A DNA stretch of 64,000 nucleotides from Nitrospinota bacterium (GTDB taxonomy: Bacteria > Nitrospinota_A > UBA7883 > JACRGQ01), in contig JACQEX010000074.1 of assembly GCA_016200345.1 (NCBI GenBank), positions 671 to 64,670 of the forward strand, read 5' to 3'. A program made the position numbers and the translations under genes. Below the pieces are notes generated by a model. The model did not search any database and was not told where the DNA came from. It saw only the letters and a list, made by a program, of their open reading frames with translations. Of this stretch, positions 12,177 through 22,186 are shown piece after piece (position 1 is the stretch's first letter; the number at the start of each line of letters is the position of its first letter).

Positions 12177-12305
12177 CTAGGTCGTCTGTTCCTCGGAGAT
12201 GACAAGCGGATTGGTTTCTTTTTCCTCGCCAAGCGGAAGCTCCCTAAGGCAGGAGCGTATCAGCTTTCTGTCCTCCTGCCTTTCGGCGGCTATCAAAACC
12301 TCCAT
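12177..12305 (-). other. 42-codon ORF in frame with the TPR gene, separated from it by a single TAG (pseudo-receiver N-terminus)
   Basis: MEVLIAAERQEDRKLIRSCL... then TAG-GCG-TCG-ATG-ATG continues directly into 10731..12170 in the same frame. Confidence 0.35.
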
Positions 12306-12374
12306 TTAAGACAACTCCACTAATAATTAAATCGGTTATTTATTTTCCAAAACATGACGGGCATACTGTCGGTC

Positions 12375-14300
12375 TTACTTGGGCCTCGCGTGTTGTTTGT
12401 TCGTCGCGGGAACGCCTACCGCATGCTTCTTTTTCAATGCCGGAGTGGCCGCCGCGCCCCCCTCAATCTTGTGCTCAGAGGAGTGGTCAACGCCCGTCAC
12501 CAGCCTGTTTAGGTCGTTCACGTTGTCGTAAAGCGACTCGGCCTGCGAGTTTAACTGTTCGGAGGCGGCGGCGGACTCCTCCGCCAGCGCGGCGTTTTGC
12601 TGGGTTACGCGGTCCAGTTCCGACACCGCCTTGTTAACCTGCTCCACGCCGTCCGACTGTCCCTTGGAGGCCGAGGCAATCTCCCCGACCAAGGAGTCCA
12701 CTTTTTTGGTCGACCCGGTGATTTCCTTGAAGTTTTCCGAAAGTTTTTTGAGGATGGACGCGCCGTTGTCGGCCGTTTTTACGGCGTTGTCAATCAACGA
12801 CGCGGTGTCCTTTGCCGCGGTGGCGGAACGGCCGGCCAGGTTGCGAACCTCCTCGGCAACGACGGCGAACCCCTTTCCGTGTTCACCGGCCCGGGCGGCC
12901 TCCACGGCCGCGTTTAGGGCCAGCAGGTTTGTCTGGAACGCGATTTCCTCAATCACCTTCATAATCTTGGATATTTCTTTGGAGGAATGGATTATGGACT
13001 TCATCGCCGCCTCCATGTCGTCCATGGAGGCCGAGCCGGAGGCCACGACTTTGCCGGTGCTCTTCATGACGTTGTCCGCCTCGTTCGCCGTGTCGCTGTT
13101 TCCCTTTGTGGTTTCGGAGATGTTTTGAAGCGACGCCGAGGTTTGTTCCAACGCGGCGGCTTGTTCCGTTGCTCCGCTTGCAAGCGACTGGCTGGCGGAG
13201 GATATCTCCGCCGAGGCCCCCGCAATCTGCTCCGAGCCTTCCACCAACCCCACGATTACGGCGTTAATCGGCTTGATGACCGACCGTCGAACAAACAAAA
13301 GGATAAAGGAGAACACCAAGAGGGCAAAACCCGAGAGCGCGGTGTTCATAATAACGGCGTTTCTGGCGCCCACCCTAATGTCTTCGGAGGCTTTTTCGGC
13401 GAGGCCGCCTATGACGTTGGATATGTCAAGCCCCGTGTCAATCGCCTTGGTTGCGTTTTTTATCCAGTCGCCGCCGTTGACCGGATACGGCTTGCCGCCC
13501 GCGCTGGCGGAGTAAACGGCAATTCTCAAATTTTGGTAATCGCCCAAAAATTCCCTCTCAAATTTTTCTATCGCGTCCGAAAGCGGGGGAGGGGTGCTCT
13601 TAAGCGATTTAAGGGCCAAAACATCAGCCGACGAATGGTCTACTATCGAACGCCAGGCCTTCAGCGTTTCCAGTTGGGCCGGCGGAATCGGCTCGCCGGC
13701 GGCTATTCGGGAGCCGAGCGCCGCGCGTTCCCTGCCCGCGTATTCGCACAGGCTGGCCACGTTGGCGCGGACGACCGTGTTGTAATAAAGAACCTGTTCG
13801 CGAATGTCGTGGGGTGAAAAAACCGTGTTTCTAAGCGAGAACTCGGCGTCTATGTTGGCGGTGGCCGTTTTTACCCAATCCGGAACCTTTATTCCGCCGG
13901 ACTTAACGCTTGTTCTGGAATCCTTGACCCCTTTCCACGATGCTTTCCAATCGCCCAATTTTTTTTCAACGTCAACGTCCGCGCCGAATTTTCCCAGTCG
14001 TTCAATCTCCGCCAAGGCCTTATCCGCCTCGGCGTCCCCCTTTTTGCCCAAATCGTCGTATTTTGCCAAAAGCTCCGAGGAGGGCTTCGAATTCCCCAAA
14101 ATGGTGGCCCCGACGCCGCGTTCAATCGCCTGCCACCCGGCGGCGGAGTTGAAATGCCCGGCCGCCTTTTGCATCGCGCCGTATCTTGCGGCCAGCCTGC
14201 GTTCCCCCAAAGCCTCATAAACAAGTATCCCAGACAATAATAGCGGAACGACAAGCATGAGCGAAAGCATCGCCATCATTTTTGCTTCGAGACTTTTCAT
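12375..14300 (-). CDS. methyl-accepting chemotaxis protein
   Basis: N-terminal TM helix, periplasmic sensor region, second TM helix, HAMP, and a conserved MA signalling domain (…[35 protein letters not shown]…). Confidence 0.9.
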   Translation of the reverse strand: MKSLEAKMMAMLSLMLVVPLLLSGILVYEALGERRLAARYGAMQKAAGHFNSAAGWQAIERGVGATILGNSKPSSELLAKYDDLGKKGDAEADKALAEIERLGKFGADVDVEKKLGDWKASWKGVKDSRTSVKSGGIKVPDWVKTATANIDAEFSLRNTVFSPHDIREQVLYYNTVVRANVASLCEYAGRERAALGSRIAAGEPIPPAQLETLKAWRSIVDHSSADVLALKSLKSTPPPLSDAIEKFEREFLGDYQNLRIAVYSASAGGKPYPVNGGDWIKNATKAIDTGLDISNVIGGLAEKASEDIRVGARNAVIMNTALSGFALLVFSFILLFVRRSVIKPINAVIVGLVEGSEQIAGASAEISSASQSLASGATEQAAALEQTSASLQNISETTKGNSDTANEADNVMKSTGKVVASGSASMDDMEAAMKSIIHSSKEISKIMKVIEEIAFQTNLLALNAAVEAARAGEHGKGFAVVAEEVRNLAGRSATAAKDTASLIDNAVKTADNGASILKKLSENFKEITGSTKKVDSLVGEIASASKGQSDGVEQVNKAVSELDRVTQQNAALAEESAAASEQLNSQAESLYDNVNDLNRLVTGVDHSSEHKIEGGAAATPALKKKHAVGVPATNKQHARPK

Positions 14301-16474
14301 TTAACACCCCTTTCGCCATTGAGATTAGAAACAACTTCCCCGGCGGATATTATATCTCGGTTGGCGCCCTCATAATCAAAAAAAGAGCGACAACTATATA
14401 TGATAAAATTACCGCTTGTATGAATAAAGATGGAGAGCCAAAAACAGGCGTTTCGGAACAGGTCGGGCTGGCGGTAGACCAACTCCCGACTTCCATCATC
14501 GTCTCATTATTTAATTGCGCAGTTTCCGTCGCGGTCCTTTGGGGGCACGTTTCAACCACCCCGTTGGCTGTTTGGATTACAACCGTCGTATTCGCCGCAT
14601 TAGGAAGGGCGGCGGTCTTACGAGCATACAGACGCGCGCCGCTTTCGCATACGCCCGAGGAGTGGCAGAGGCTGTTGTTTGTCTTGGCCCTCGCGGCGGG
14701 GTTGGCGTGGGGCCTTTCGGCATGGCCGGCGTTTGCCTCCGATTCGGGGCTTTACACGATATTTATGGCGGCCCTGGCCCTGGGGATGTGCTCCGGCGCG
14801 CTCGTGGCGAATTCGTCGTTGAGGGAATCAGCCCTGGCGTACATTATTTCCGCCATATCTCCCTTCGCGTTGGGATTCCTTGCCGGGGACGGGGGCATCA
14901 ACCACGCGCTGGGACTGATGATGATTATTTTCGTCGGCGCACTTTCGGTCTACGCCTCGAAACTTAGCAAAATGGTGTCGGCGTCCGTCCAACTTAGGGG
15001 CGAAAACGACGCCCTCCTGTTGGAAGTGACGCAAAACAAGGAGCGGCTGGAACAATTGGCCGCGATAGGGGAGGAGGGGGTGATTGTCTCCGACAAATTG
15101 ATTGTATTGGACTGCAACACCCCGCTCGCGAACATGGTCGAGTCGCAACCCAAAGACATGTTGGGAAAAAATGTGCTCGATTACGTCGAGCCAAAGTGTC
15201 ACGACCTCGTAAAAAAACTGTACGGCCAGGGGTATGAAGGGCTGTACGAAATTGAAATCGTCGGCGCAAGGGGAACGCGACGAAACGTGGAGGTGGTTTC
15301 CCGATACGGCGTTTACGGCGGGCGCAACGTCCGATACGCCACTATTCACGACATAACAAAGAGGAAGCAGGCCGACGACGCGCTGAAGCTCAGCGAGGAG
15401 AGGTTTAGGTCGCTCATCAACTCGATGGAGGACGGCGTGTTCGTAATTGACCTTGGCTATAGATTCGTCGGCTATTACGGCAACTGGCTAAACAATCTCG
15501 AAGTCACATCCGAGGAATTCGTCGGGCGCACCCTTTCGGAAATGTTCGGGCGCAAAGACGCCGAGATACACGAGAAATCCGCGGATATTGCGTTCAAGGG
15601 AGGCCCCGCAAGCTATGAGTGGTCGTTGGAATGGAACGAAAACCATGTCTTCTACCACACCACGCTCTCCCCGCTGTCCGATCCAGCCGGAGAGATTGTC
15701 GGAGCCGTAGGCGTTGTGCGCGACATCACGGCGATGAAGCAGAAGGAGTTGGAAATTATCGCCGCGAGGGACGAGGCGGAAAAGGCGACGTTATTGAAGG
15801 ACAAATTCCTGTCGCTTGTAGCGCACGACCTTAAGGGGCCGCTTGGCTCCATCATGGCCTCCATCACGCTTATCGGGGAAGATCCGGAAATAGCGGCGGA
15901 CAAAGAATTTCGAGATATCATCATCAAGACCGGACATGGAATGGTTCAATTGGTGGACGACATTTTAAACATCGGGCGTTTGAAAACCGGAAAGATAACA
16001 CCGGTGTTTAACAAAGTTCACGCGCGAGAAAAAGCCGTCGCGGCGCTTGGCAGGGTTGCAAACTCGGCCGATAAAAAGGGCGTGTCGCTTTTTAACCAAA
16101 TTGGGGCTGACGTCGTTGTGAACGCCGATGCGCAACTGCTCGAGGAGGTCATGTACAACCTAGCCTCCAACTCCGTGAAGTTTTGCCGAAAGGGGGGGGA
16201 CGTTGTTTTTTCTTTCGAGAAGACCGAATCGGAGGACGTGATAAAAGTGAGCGACACCGGTGTAGGAATTCCACCGGAACGGCTTTCCCATGTTTTTGAA
16301 TACCACACCGCGACGTCCACTTATGGAACCGACGGCGAAAAAGGCACGGGACTAGGCTTGCCCCTTTGCGGCGACATTGTCTCGGCGCACGGCGGCTCGC
16401 TTACGGCGGAGTCCGTTTTGGGCAAGGGGAGCGTCTTCTGTATCCGCCTTCCTAAATCCCAATCCAAGCATTAA
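14282..16474 (+). CDS. membrane-anchored PAS sensor histidine kinase
   Basis: Multi-TM N-terminal region, PAS domains, H-box [13 protein letters not shown], HATPase G-boxes, no receiver. The likely real start is the ATG at about 14420 (MNKDGEPK…), because the listed ORF overlaps the divergent MCP start. Confidence 0.85.
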   Translation: MLRDFSFNTPFAIEIRNNFPGGYYISVGALIIKKRATTIYDKITACMNKDGEPKTGVSEQVGLAVDQLPTSIIVSLFNCAVSVAVLWGHVSTTPLAVWITTVVFAALGRAAVLRAYRRAPLSHTPEEWQRLLFVLALAAGLAWGLSAWPAFASDSGLYTIFMAALALGMCSGALVANSSLRESALAYIISAISPFALGFLAGDGGINHALGLMMIIFVGALSVYASKLSKMVSASVQLRGENDALLLEVTQNKERLEQLAAIGEEGVIVSDKLIVLDCNTPLANMVESQPKDMLGKNVLDYVEPKCHDLVKKLYGQGYEGLYEIEIVGARGTRRNVEVVSRYGVYGGRNVRYATIHDITKRKQADDALKLSEERFRSLINSMEDGVFVIDLGYRFVGYYGNWLNNLEVTSEEFVGRTLSEMFGRKDAEIHEKSADIAFKGGPASYEWSLEWNENHVFYHTTLSPLSDPAGEIVGAVGVVRDITAMKQKELEIIAARDEAEKATLLKDKFLSLVAHDLKGPLGSIMASITLIGEDPEIAADKEFRDIIIKTGHGMVQLVDDILNIGRLKTGKITPVFNKVHAREKAVAALGRVANSADKKGVSLFNQIGADVVVNADAQLLEEVMYNLASNSVKFCRKGGDVVFSFEKTESEDVIKVSDTGVGIPPERLSHVFEYHTATSTYGTDGEKGTGLGLPLCGDIVSAHGGSLTAESVLGKGSVFCIRLPKSQSKH

Positions 16475-16510
16475 TATCCTCATGCCGCCCTCGTTAGAAG
16501 CCGCTTCAAA

Positions 16511-17119
16511 TTGATGTTTCAACTAAAATCCTATTGGGTTATAATTTGCGAACCAATGGAAAACATTGAAGTGATTTCGAAACCCCTTTTAACGCCGATG
16601 GCAATTTTTGCAATATTCAAAGCAGTTGCGCCTTTTTTTCTTTTCATGCTGATATTTGGCGGTGTTGCTTTGTTTTTTAAACACAAATTGGGAAAACTCG
16701 GCAAGTCAGAAAATCGGCGTCATTTTGAAGTTAAACCGTGCCTGCCATTTACGGAACGCGAGCAAGAATTTTATTCGATGGCAAAACAGGTGTTTCAAAA
16801 TGAAATTTTGCTGTCGCAAGTTGACATCAAGAGATTAGTCAAATGCCAATCCGGGAACAATAGGGCCTATATGGACACAATTGGACAGCTATCGGTAGAC
16901 TTTGTCCTATTAAACAAGGAATTTCAGATTATAACCTGCATCGAATTGGACGATTCAACCCATGACGTTGAGCCGACCCTTTCAAATGATAAAAATAAAT
17001 CCTTTTATTTAGACCAAGCCGGAATACCTTTAACGCGATTTAGCAAAATGCCAAAACCAGAGGATCTCAAAAAGAGAGTCGAGGCAATAACCAAATCCCC
17101 AACCTCCTTCCAATCTTAA
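16511..17119 (+). CDS. DUF2726-like (endonuclease-related fold) protein with an N-terminal TM segment
   Basis: SVDFVLLNKEFQIITCIELDDSTH resembles the DUF2726/NERD-like core. Local AT-rich composition. Alternative start at about 16556 (MENIEVISKP). Confidence 0.5.
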   Translation: MMFQLKSYWVIICEPMENIEVISKPLLTPMAIFAIFKAVAPFFLFMLIFGGVALFFKHKLGKLGKSENRRHFEVKPCLPFTEREQEFYSMAKQVFQNEILLSQVDIKRLVKCQSGNNRAYMDTIGQLSVDFVLLNKEFQIITCIELDDSTHDVEPTLSNDKNKSFYLDQAGIPLTRFSKMPKPEDLKKRVEAITKSPTSFQS

Positions 17120-17271
17120 AACGTCCGCATATGCCGATAAGGGATATTATGTAAAGTACGATATTGGATTATTGGGGTGGATTGGGGAAAGTTGGAGAAA
17201 ATTTGTTAAAGGGTTTTGAATATGGGATTAACGGGTTGAATGACCCGCTCTCAGCGAAACCTAAAAGGCGG

Positions 17272-19767
17272 CTATTCCACGTGGACAGGTTTTACGTTCC
17301 AGATGTCCTTGGCGTACTCCATTATAGTCCGGTCACTCGAAAACTTCCCCATATTAGCGGTATTCAATATAGACATCTTGTCCCATTGATTTTTATCCCT
17401 AAATGCTTTGGAAACCTTATCCTGGCATTCAATGTACTGTGCATAGTCGGCCAAAACTCGGAAAGTGTCCTTCCCCAACAGCGAATCCGATATGGGATGG
17501 AAAAGCTCGCGATGAAACGGCGAAAAGTAACCGTCGCCTATCATGTCTATCACGGCCTTCAACTCGGCATTGTTTTCGTAATAATCCATCGGATTGTAAC
17601 CGGCCTCGCCAAGCGCCGATATCTCTTCGGCTGTATGCCCAAAAATGAAGATGTTATCCTTGCCAACCTCGTCCATAATCTCAATATTTGCGCCGTCGAG
17701 GGTTCCTATTGTCATAGCCCCGTTAAGGGCAAACTTCATGTTGCCGGTGCCGGAGGCCTCCGTTCCGGCGGTGGAGATTTGCTCCGAGAGATCGGCGGCC
17801 GGAATTATTTTCTCCTCAAGCGAAACGCGATAGTTGGCTAAAAAGAGAACTTTAAGTTTGTCGCCAACCTGCCGGTCGGCGTTGACAACATCGGCGACTG
17901 AATTGATTAACTTAATAATAAGCTTGGCCATTTTATACGACGGAGCCGCTTTGCCGGCAAACAGAACCGTTCTAGGCGTAAACTCGCCGCCCTTGCCGGA
18001 CTTAATTCTATTATAGAGGGTTATTACGTGGAGTACGTTAAGTAATTGTCTTTTATACTCGTGTATCCTTTTAACCTGAACGTCAAAAATTGACTCGGTA
18101 TTCACCTTTATCCCGTTTTCCTTCAGGATGTACTCCGCAAGTTTTTCCTTATTGGCCTGTTTTACCGCGCGCCATTCGGCCCGGAACTTTGAATCCTTGG
18201 CGAACGGAATAAGTTTTTTGAGCTCGTCCAATTCTACAACCCACTTTTCCCCAATTTTTCCGGTGATAAGTTTTGATAGGCCGTCGTTGCATTTTTTCAA
18301 CCACCTTCTAGGGGTTATTCCATTGGTCTTATTGTTGAATTTCTCAGGGAAAATATCGTAAAAATCTTTTAACACATTGAGTTTTAAAAGGTCTGTGTGA
18401 AGCGCGGACACTCCGTTTACCGAATGCGATCCAACGATGGCTAGGAACGCCATCCTCACCATTTTCTCTTTTCCTTCCTCGATAATAGAGACTCGCTGGA
18501 TTCGGTCGTAGTCACCGGGAAATGATTTTGCCACGTGCTCGAGGAAACGCCTGTTAATTTCATATATTATTTGCATATGCCTTGGAAGAACCGTTTCCAT
18601 GAGGGCAACTGACCATTTTTCAAGGGCTTCCGGCATCAGGGTGTGGTTGGTGTAACCAAAAATTCTAACCGTAACCGCCCAGGCCTCGTCCCAATCGCAC
18701 TTTTCCTTATCTAACAAAATCCTCATAAACTCCGGAATTGCCAAAACCGGGTGGGTGTCGTTTAACTGAATTGCCACCAAATCTGGAACATTGGAGAAAT
18801 CCTTATTGTGCTTAACATGCCTTCTTACAATATCTTGCAAGGTGGCGCAGACGAGGAAATACTGCTGTTTTAGGCGTAGCTCCCTCCCCTCCGCGAAATG
18901 GTCGCTTGGATAGAGAACTTTCGATATAGTCTCCGACTTCATTTTGCTCTCAAGCGCGCGAATGTAGTCCCCTTGGTTGAAAAAACTTAAATCGAATTCC
19001 CTGGACGAGCGAGCCGCCCAAAGCCTCATGTTAATTACGTGGTTGTTGTTATAACCTGGCACCGGGGTGTCGCAGGCCATGGCCATGACCGTTTCCGCAT
19101 CCACCCATTCGCTATGGAGCTTTCCATGGGAATCCATATACTGATCCACCCTGCCGTAGAAGTTAACCGGAAAAAGATGTCCCGGCCTTACAAATTCCCA
19201 GGGGTTGCCGTACCTCAGCCAGTTGTCGGGAGCCTCCACCTGATTGCCGTTTTGGATAAACTGGTGGAAAATGCCGTACTCATAATGGATTCCGTAGCCG
19301 TAGGAAGGAATCTCAAGCGTCGCCAGCGAGTCCAGAAAACAGGCCGCAAGCCTGCCGAGACCGCCGTTTCCAAGCCCGGCGTCCCACTCAATTTCGCGGA
19401 TGTCCTCCAAATCGTAGCCCATTTGGTGCAACGCCTCGTGGCAGGCATCGAACAGCCCCATGTTGATGAGGCTGTTGCCAAAGGTCCTGCCGGCAAGGAA
19501 TTCAAGCGAAAGGTAATAAACCCTTTTCGCGTTTGTTTTGTAATAAGTGTTTTGTGTTTTTATCCATTTCTCTATAAGCCGGTCCCTTATTGCGAAAGAG
19601 GCGGCGTTATATATGTCGTAAGGCTGTGGTTTTGTGGGGTCTTTGCCCAGCGTAGAAACGATGTGATCTTTAATGTGCGCGACTAGGTCGGTCGCAAGTG
19701 CCCCGGGCGTTTTCGCCTTTGCCAATTTATTTGCCACTTTACCAGAATCCAACTTTTTTCCAGCCAT
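17272..19767 (-). CDS. glgP: alpha-glucan (glycogen/maltodextrin) phosphorylase
   Basis: 831 aa with the pyridoxal-phosphate motif EASGTGNMKFALNGA, typical of the GT35 family. Confidence 0.95.
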   Translation of the reverse strand: MAGKKLDSGKVANKLAKAKTPGALATDLVAHIKDHIVSTLGKDPTKPQPYDIYNAASFAIRDRLIEKWIKTQNTYYKTNAKRVYYLSLEFLAGRTFGNSLINMGLFDACHEALHQMGYDLEDIREIEWDAGLGNGGLGRLAACFLDSLATLEIPSYGYGIHYEYGIFHQFIQNGNQVEAPDNWLRYGNPWEFVRPGHLFPVNFYGRVDQYMDSHGKLHSEWVDAETVMAMACDTPVPGYNNNHVINMRLWAARSSREFDLSFFNQGDYIRALESKMKSETISKVLYPSDHFAEGRELRLKQQYFLVCATLQDIVRRHVKHNKDFSNVPDLVAIQLNDTHPVLAIPEFMRILLDKEKCDWDEAWAVTVRIFGYTNHTLMPEALEKWSVALMETVLPRHMQIIYEINRRFLEHVAKSFPGDYDRIQRVSIIEEGKEKMVRMAFLAIVGSHSVNGVSALHTDLLKLNVLKDFYDIFPEKFNNKTNGITPRRWLKKCNDGLSKLITGKIGEKWVVELDELKKLIPFAKDSKFRAEWRAVKQANKEKLAEYILKENGIKVNTESIFDVQVKRIHEYKRQLLNVLHVITLYNRIKSGKGGEFTPRTVLFAGKAAPSYKMAKLIIKLINSVADVVNADRQVGDKLKVLFLANYRVSLEEKIIPAADLSEQISTAGTEASGTGNMKFALNGAMTIGTLDGANIEIMDEVGKDNIFIFGHTAEEISALGEAGYNPMDYYENNAELKAVIDMIGDGYFSPFHRELFHPISDSLLGKDTFRVLADYAQYIECQDKVSKAFRDKNQWDKMSILNTANMGKFSSDRTIMEYAKDIWNVKPVHVE

Positions 19768-19868
19768 GGCAACATTCTACCCTTTCGTACGGCCTCAAAC
19801 AAGTTCCCCCCTTTTTTTCACCGCAATTCATATTTTCGTATTTCTTTCGCCATCCGTCAAAAAAAACC

Positions 19869-19896
19869 TCAAGTATTCAAATTGGACGCCCGATAA
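19869..19896 (+). promoter_or_regulatory. candidate sigma-28 (FliA) promoter upstream of fliD
   Basis: TCAAGTAT-N11-GCCCGATAA versus consensus TAAAGTTT-N11-GCCGATAA, 38 nt upstream of the fliD ATG. Confidence 0.5.
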
Positions 19897-19933
19897 GAAA
19901 TGCAAATAAAACAACCATGAGGAATTTTTAACA

Positions 19934-21694
19934 ATGGCCACTACCAGCACGACCTCAACGACGACGACCAATCCGTTGTCTACGTTGCTGAACACAGGAG
20001 GAGGAAATTCGGGGCTGTTGTCCATAAGCGGCCTCGCCTCGGGAATGGACACGACAAGCATCATCAATCAGTTGGTTTCGCTTACCAAGCAACCGGCCAC
20101 AAGCTTGGCCAACCAGCAGACTGCAAACAACAACAAAATATCGCAGTGGAATTCGCTTACCACTATGCTCAACACGCTCCAGAGCTCCGTTAGCACATTG
20201 AGAAATCCCACGACGTTCATGGGGACGCTGGCAAGTTTTACAAACAGCGTGGCGGGAAACCCGAGCATAATGAACCTTTCCACGACGTCGAACATCACTC
20301 CCGGCTCGCACAGCGTAACCGTTGGCGCGCTCGCAAAACAACAACAGTCCGTAAGCGCCCAATCTTATGCCAGCACCACCGCGACGATAGGCGGGTTCAC
20401 GGGGCTGACGATAGCAACCAGCGCCAACGGAACCCAAACTTTCACTCAAAATACGCTTCAAAGCCTTGCGGCGGCCGTGAACGGCTCCTCGCTCGGAGTC
20501 ACGGCCAACGTGGTGAACACCGCCGCCTCGGGCGCAACCCCCGCGTACGTCATGCAACTTAGCGCCAACAACTCCGGCACTGCGAACTCGTTTGTGGCGA
20601 CCACGAACGGGACTGCCTCCGGGACGCTTACCGGCACGCTCGATTTTGCCAACACCACCGGCCAGGTGGCAACCCTTGGCGGCGCAAGCGTGTTCCAGGC
20701 CTCTGCGAACGCGGCGGTGACAGTGGATGGAATAAGCCTGTCCAGGTCCTCCAACACGATTACGGACGCAATCTCCGGGCTTAGCATGTCCGTTACCGCG
20801 CTTGGCTCCGGCACGATAAATCTTACGAACGACGTTCCGACCACCGTTGCAAACGTCCAGACGTTTGTAAACGCCTATAACTCCGTCATGGGTTTTATCA
20901 ACACGCAGAACACGTACGACCCCAAGGCCGCGTCGCAACAACCCTTGTTCGCCGACCCGTCCCTGCAAAACATACAAAGCACCCTGCGGGGATTGGTCTC
21001 CGGGGCCTCCGCCGGAACGACCTCCACAAGCTCCGTTTACAGCTCCATGAGCCAGATAGGGATAAACTCAAGCCAAGCGAACAATTTCGCCGTATCCCTG
21101 GACACAAACGCGCTGACGTCCGCGTTGCAGACAAACGCCTCGGCTGTTCAGAATCTTTTCACGCCAGGCGGTAGCGGCACCGATTCGGCGGCTTCATACA
21201 CGTTCATATCCTCGCTTGGCAACGCGACGCCGGGAACCTACAACACCCAGGTGGTGGGGGGCGTATTGCAGATGCAAAAACAGGGAACCGGCACGTGGAT
21301 TTCCATGACCCAAGCTGGCACCATATACACCGGCCCCTCGGGAAGCGCTTTGGACGGCGTAAACATACAGGCTACGTCCCTCGGCACCACCGGAACCTAT
21401 ACGCTGTGGGGCGGCTCGGCGCAGATGATGTACCAAAGCCTGAACAACGACACCCTTTTTCAAACCGGGATGATTCCCGTTGAAACCGCGTCATTGTTGC
21501 GAAACAACACAGATTTGCAAAAGCAGATAGACACAATAAACACAAGGGCCTCGGCGCTACAGTCTACCCTGCAACTACAGTTTACAAACTTGGAGACACA
21601 CCTTTCGAAATTGCAGGCCCAAGGACAGTTTTTAACGCAACAGTTGAACTATTTGCCCGGCTGGTCAATGCCGGCAAACAAATCGTCCAGTTAA
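19934..21694 (+). CDS. fliD: flagellar filament capping protein (hook-associated protein 2)
   Basis: N-terminal SGMDTTSIINQLV… and a C-terminal coiled coil …LQFTNLETHLSKLQAQ…. Thr/Ser-rich central region. Confidence 0.85.
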   Translation: MATTSTTSTTTTNPLSTLLNTGGGNSGLLSISGLASGMDTTSIINQLVSLTKQPATSLANQQTANNNKISQWNSLTTMLNTLQSSVSTLRNPTTFMGTLASFTNSVAGNPSIMNLSTTSNITPGSHSVTVGALAKQQQSVSAQSYASTTATIGGFTGLTIATSANGTQTFTQNTLQSLAAAVNGSSLGVTANVVNTAASGATPAYVMQLSANNSGTANSFVATTNGTASGTLTGTLDFANTTGQVATLGGASVFQASANAAVTVDGISLSRSSNTITDAISGLSMSVTALGSGTINLTNDVPTTVANVQTFVNAYNSVMGFINTQNTYDPKAASQQPLFADPSLQNIQSTLRGLVSGASAGTTSTSSVYSSMSQIGINSSQANNFAVSLDTNALTSALQTNASAVQNLFTPGGSGTDSAASYTFISSLGNATPGTYNTQVVGGVLQMQKQGTGTWISMTQAGTIYTGPSGSALDGVNIQATSLGTTGTYTLWGGSAQMMYQSLNNDTLFQTGMIPVETASLLRNNTDLQKQIDTINTRASALQSTLQLQFTNLETHLSKLQAQGQFLTQQLNYLPGWSMPANKSSS

Positions 21695-21724
21695 ATAGGT
21701 AACACGTTCAAGGAGGAATGAGAG

Positions 21725-22159
21725 ATGGCGCAGAACTTAGCTTTGGCTTACCAAACGATAGACGTAAGCACCGCAAACAGAGTCAAGCTTGTCCTGATGT
21801 TATACGAGGGGGCGATACGCTTTCTGAAGGAGGCCAAGCAAAGAATCGGGACAAAGGACATCGCCGGAAGGGGCGTGTATCTTGCCAAGGCGTTGAGAAT
21901 TGTCGGCGAACTTCACGGCACGCTTAACCTCAAGGACGGGGGAAAGATTGCGGAGGAGTTGAACAGACTATATTTTTTCCTGACCAACAACATCACCAAG
22001 GCCAACATCACCGGAAACGCCAGGCTGATTGACGAGTCGGTTAAGGTGATGGAAACTTTGAGGGAGGGATGGGCCCAATTGGTGAAAGCGCCGGAGGCCA
22101 AGCAGGTTGTCCGCTCGGAGCCGGGCTTTCCGCGGCAACAAGTGGCGATTCGACTGTAG
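21725..22159 (+). CDS. fliS: flagellar export chaperone FliS
   Basis: 144 aa; LAYQTIDVSTANRVKLVLMLYEGAIRFLKEA is the FliS signature. Immediately downstream of fliD. Confidence 0.85.
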   Translation: MAQNLALAYQTIDVSTANRVKLVLMLYEGAIRFLKEAKQRIGTKDIAGRGVYLAKALRIVGELHGTLNLKDGGKIAEELNRLYFFLTNNITKANITGNARLIDESVKVMETLREGWAQLVKAPEAKQVVRSEPGFPRQQVAIRL

Positions 22160-22186
22160 TTCCCGGACTTCCCAGGGGTTTATGGA

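Noticed and set aside
12987-13817. 276-aa + strand ORF inside the MCP gene, and similar long antisense ORFs (1190..1681, 4226..4995, 6440..7183, 7410..8423, 19955..20977, 31265..31675, 60303..61421, 45771..46391)
   Set aside because: All overlap well-supported genes on the opposite strand or in another frame. Their compositions are Arg/Gly/Pro-rich, as expected for GC-rich noncoding frames.
17164-17841. 225-aa + ORF at the 3' end of glgP
   Set aside because: Antisense to the glycogen phosphorylase C-terminus. No independent support.
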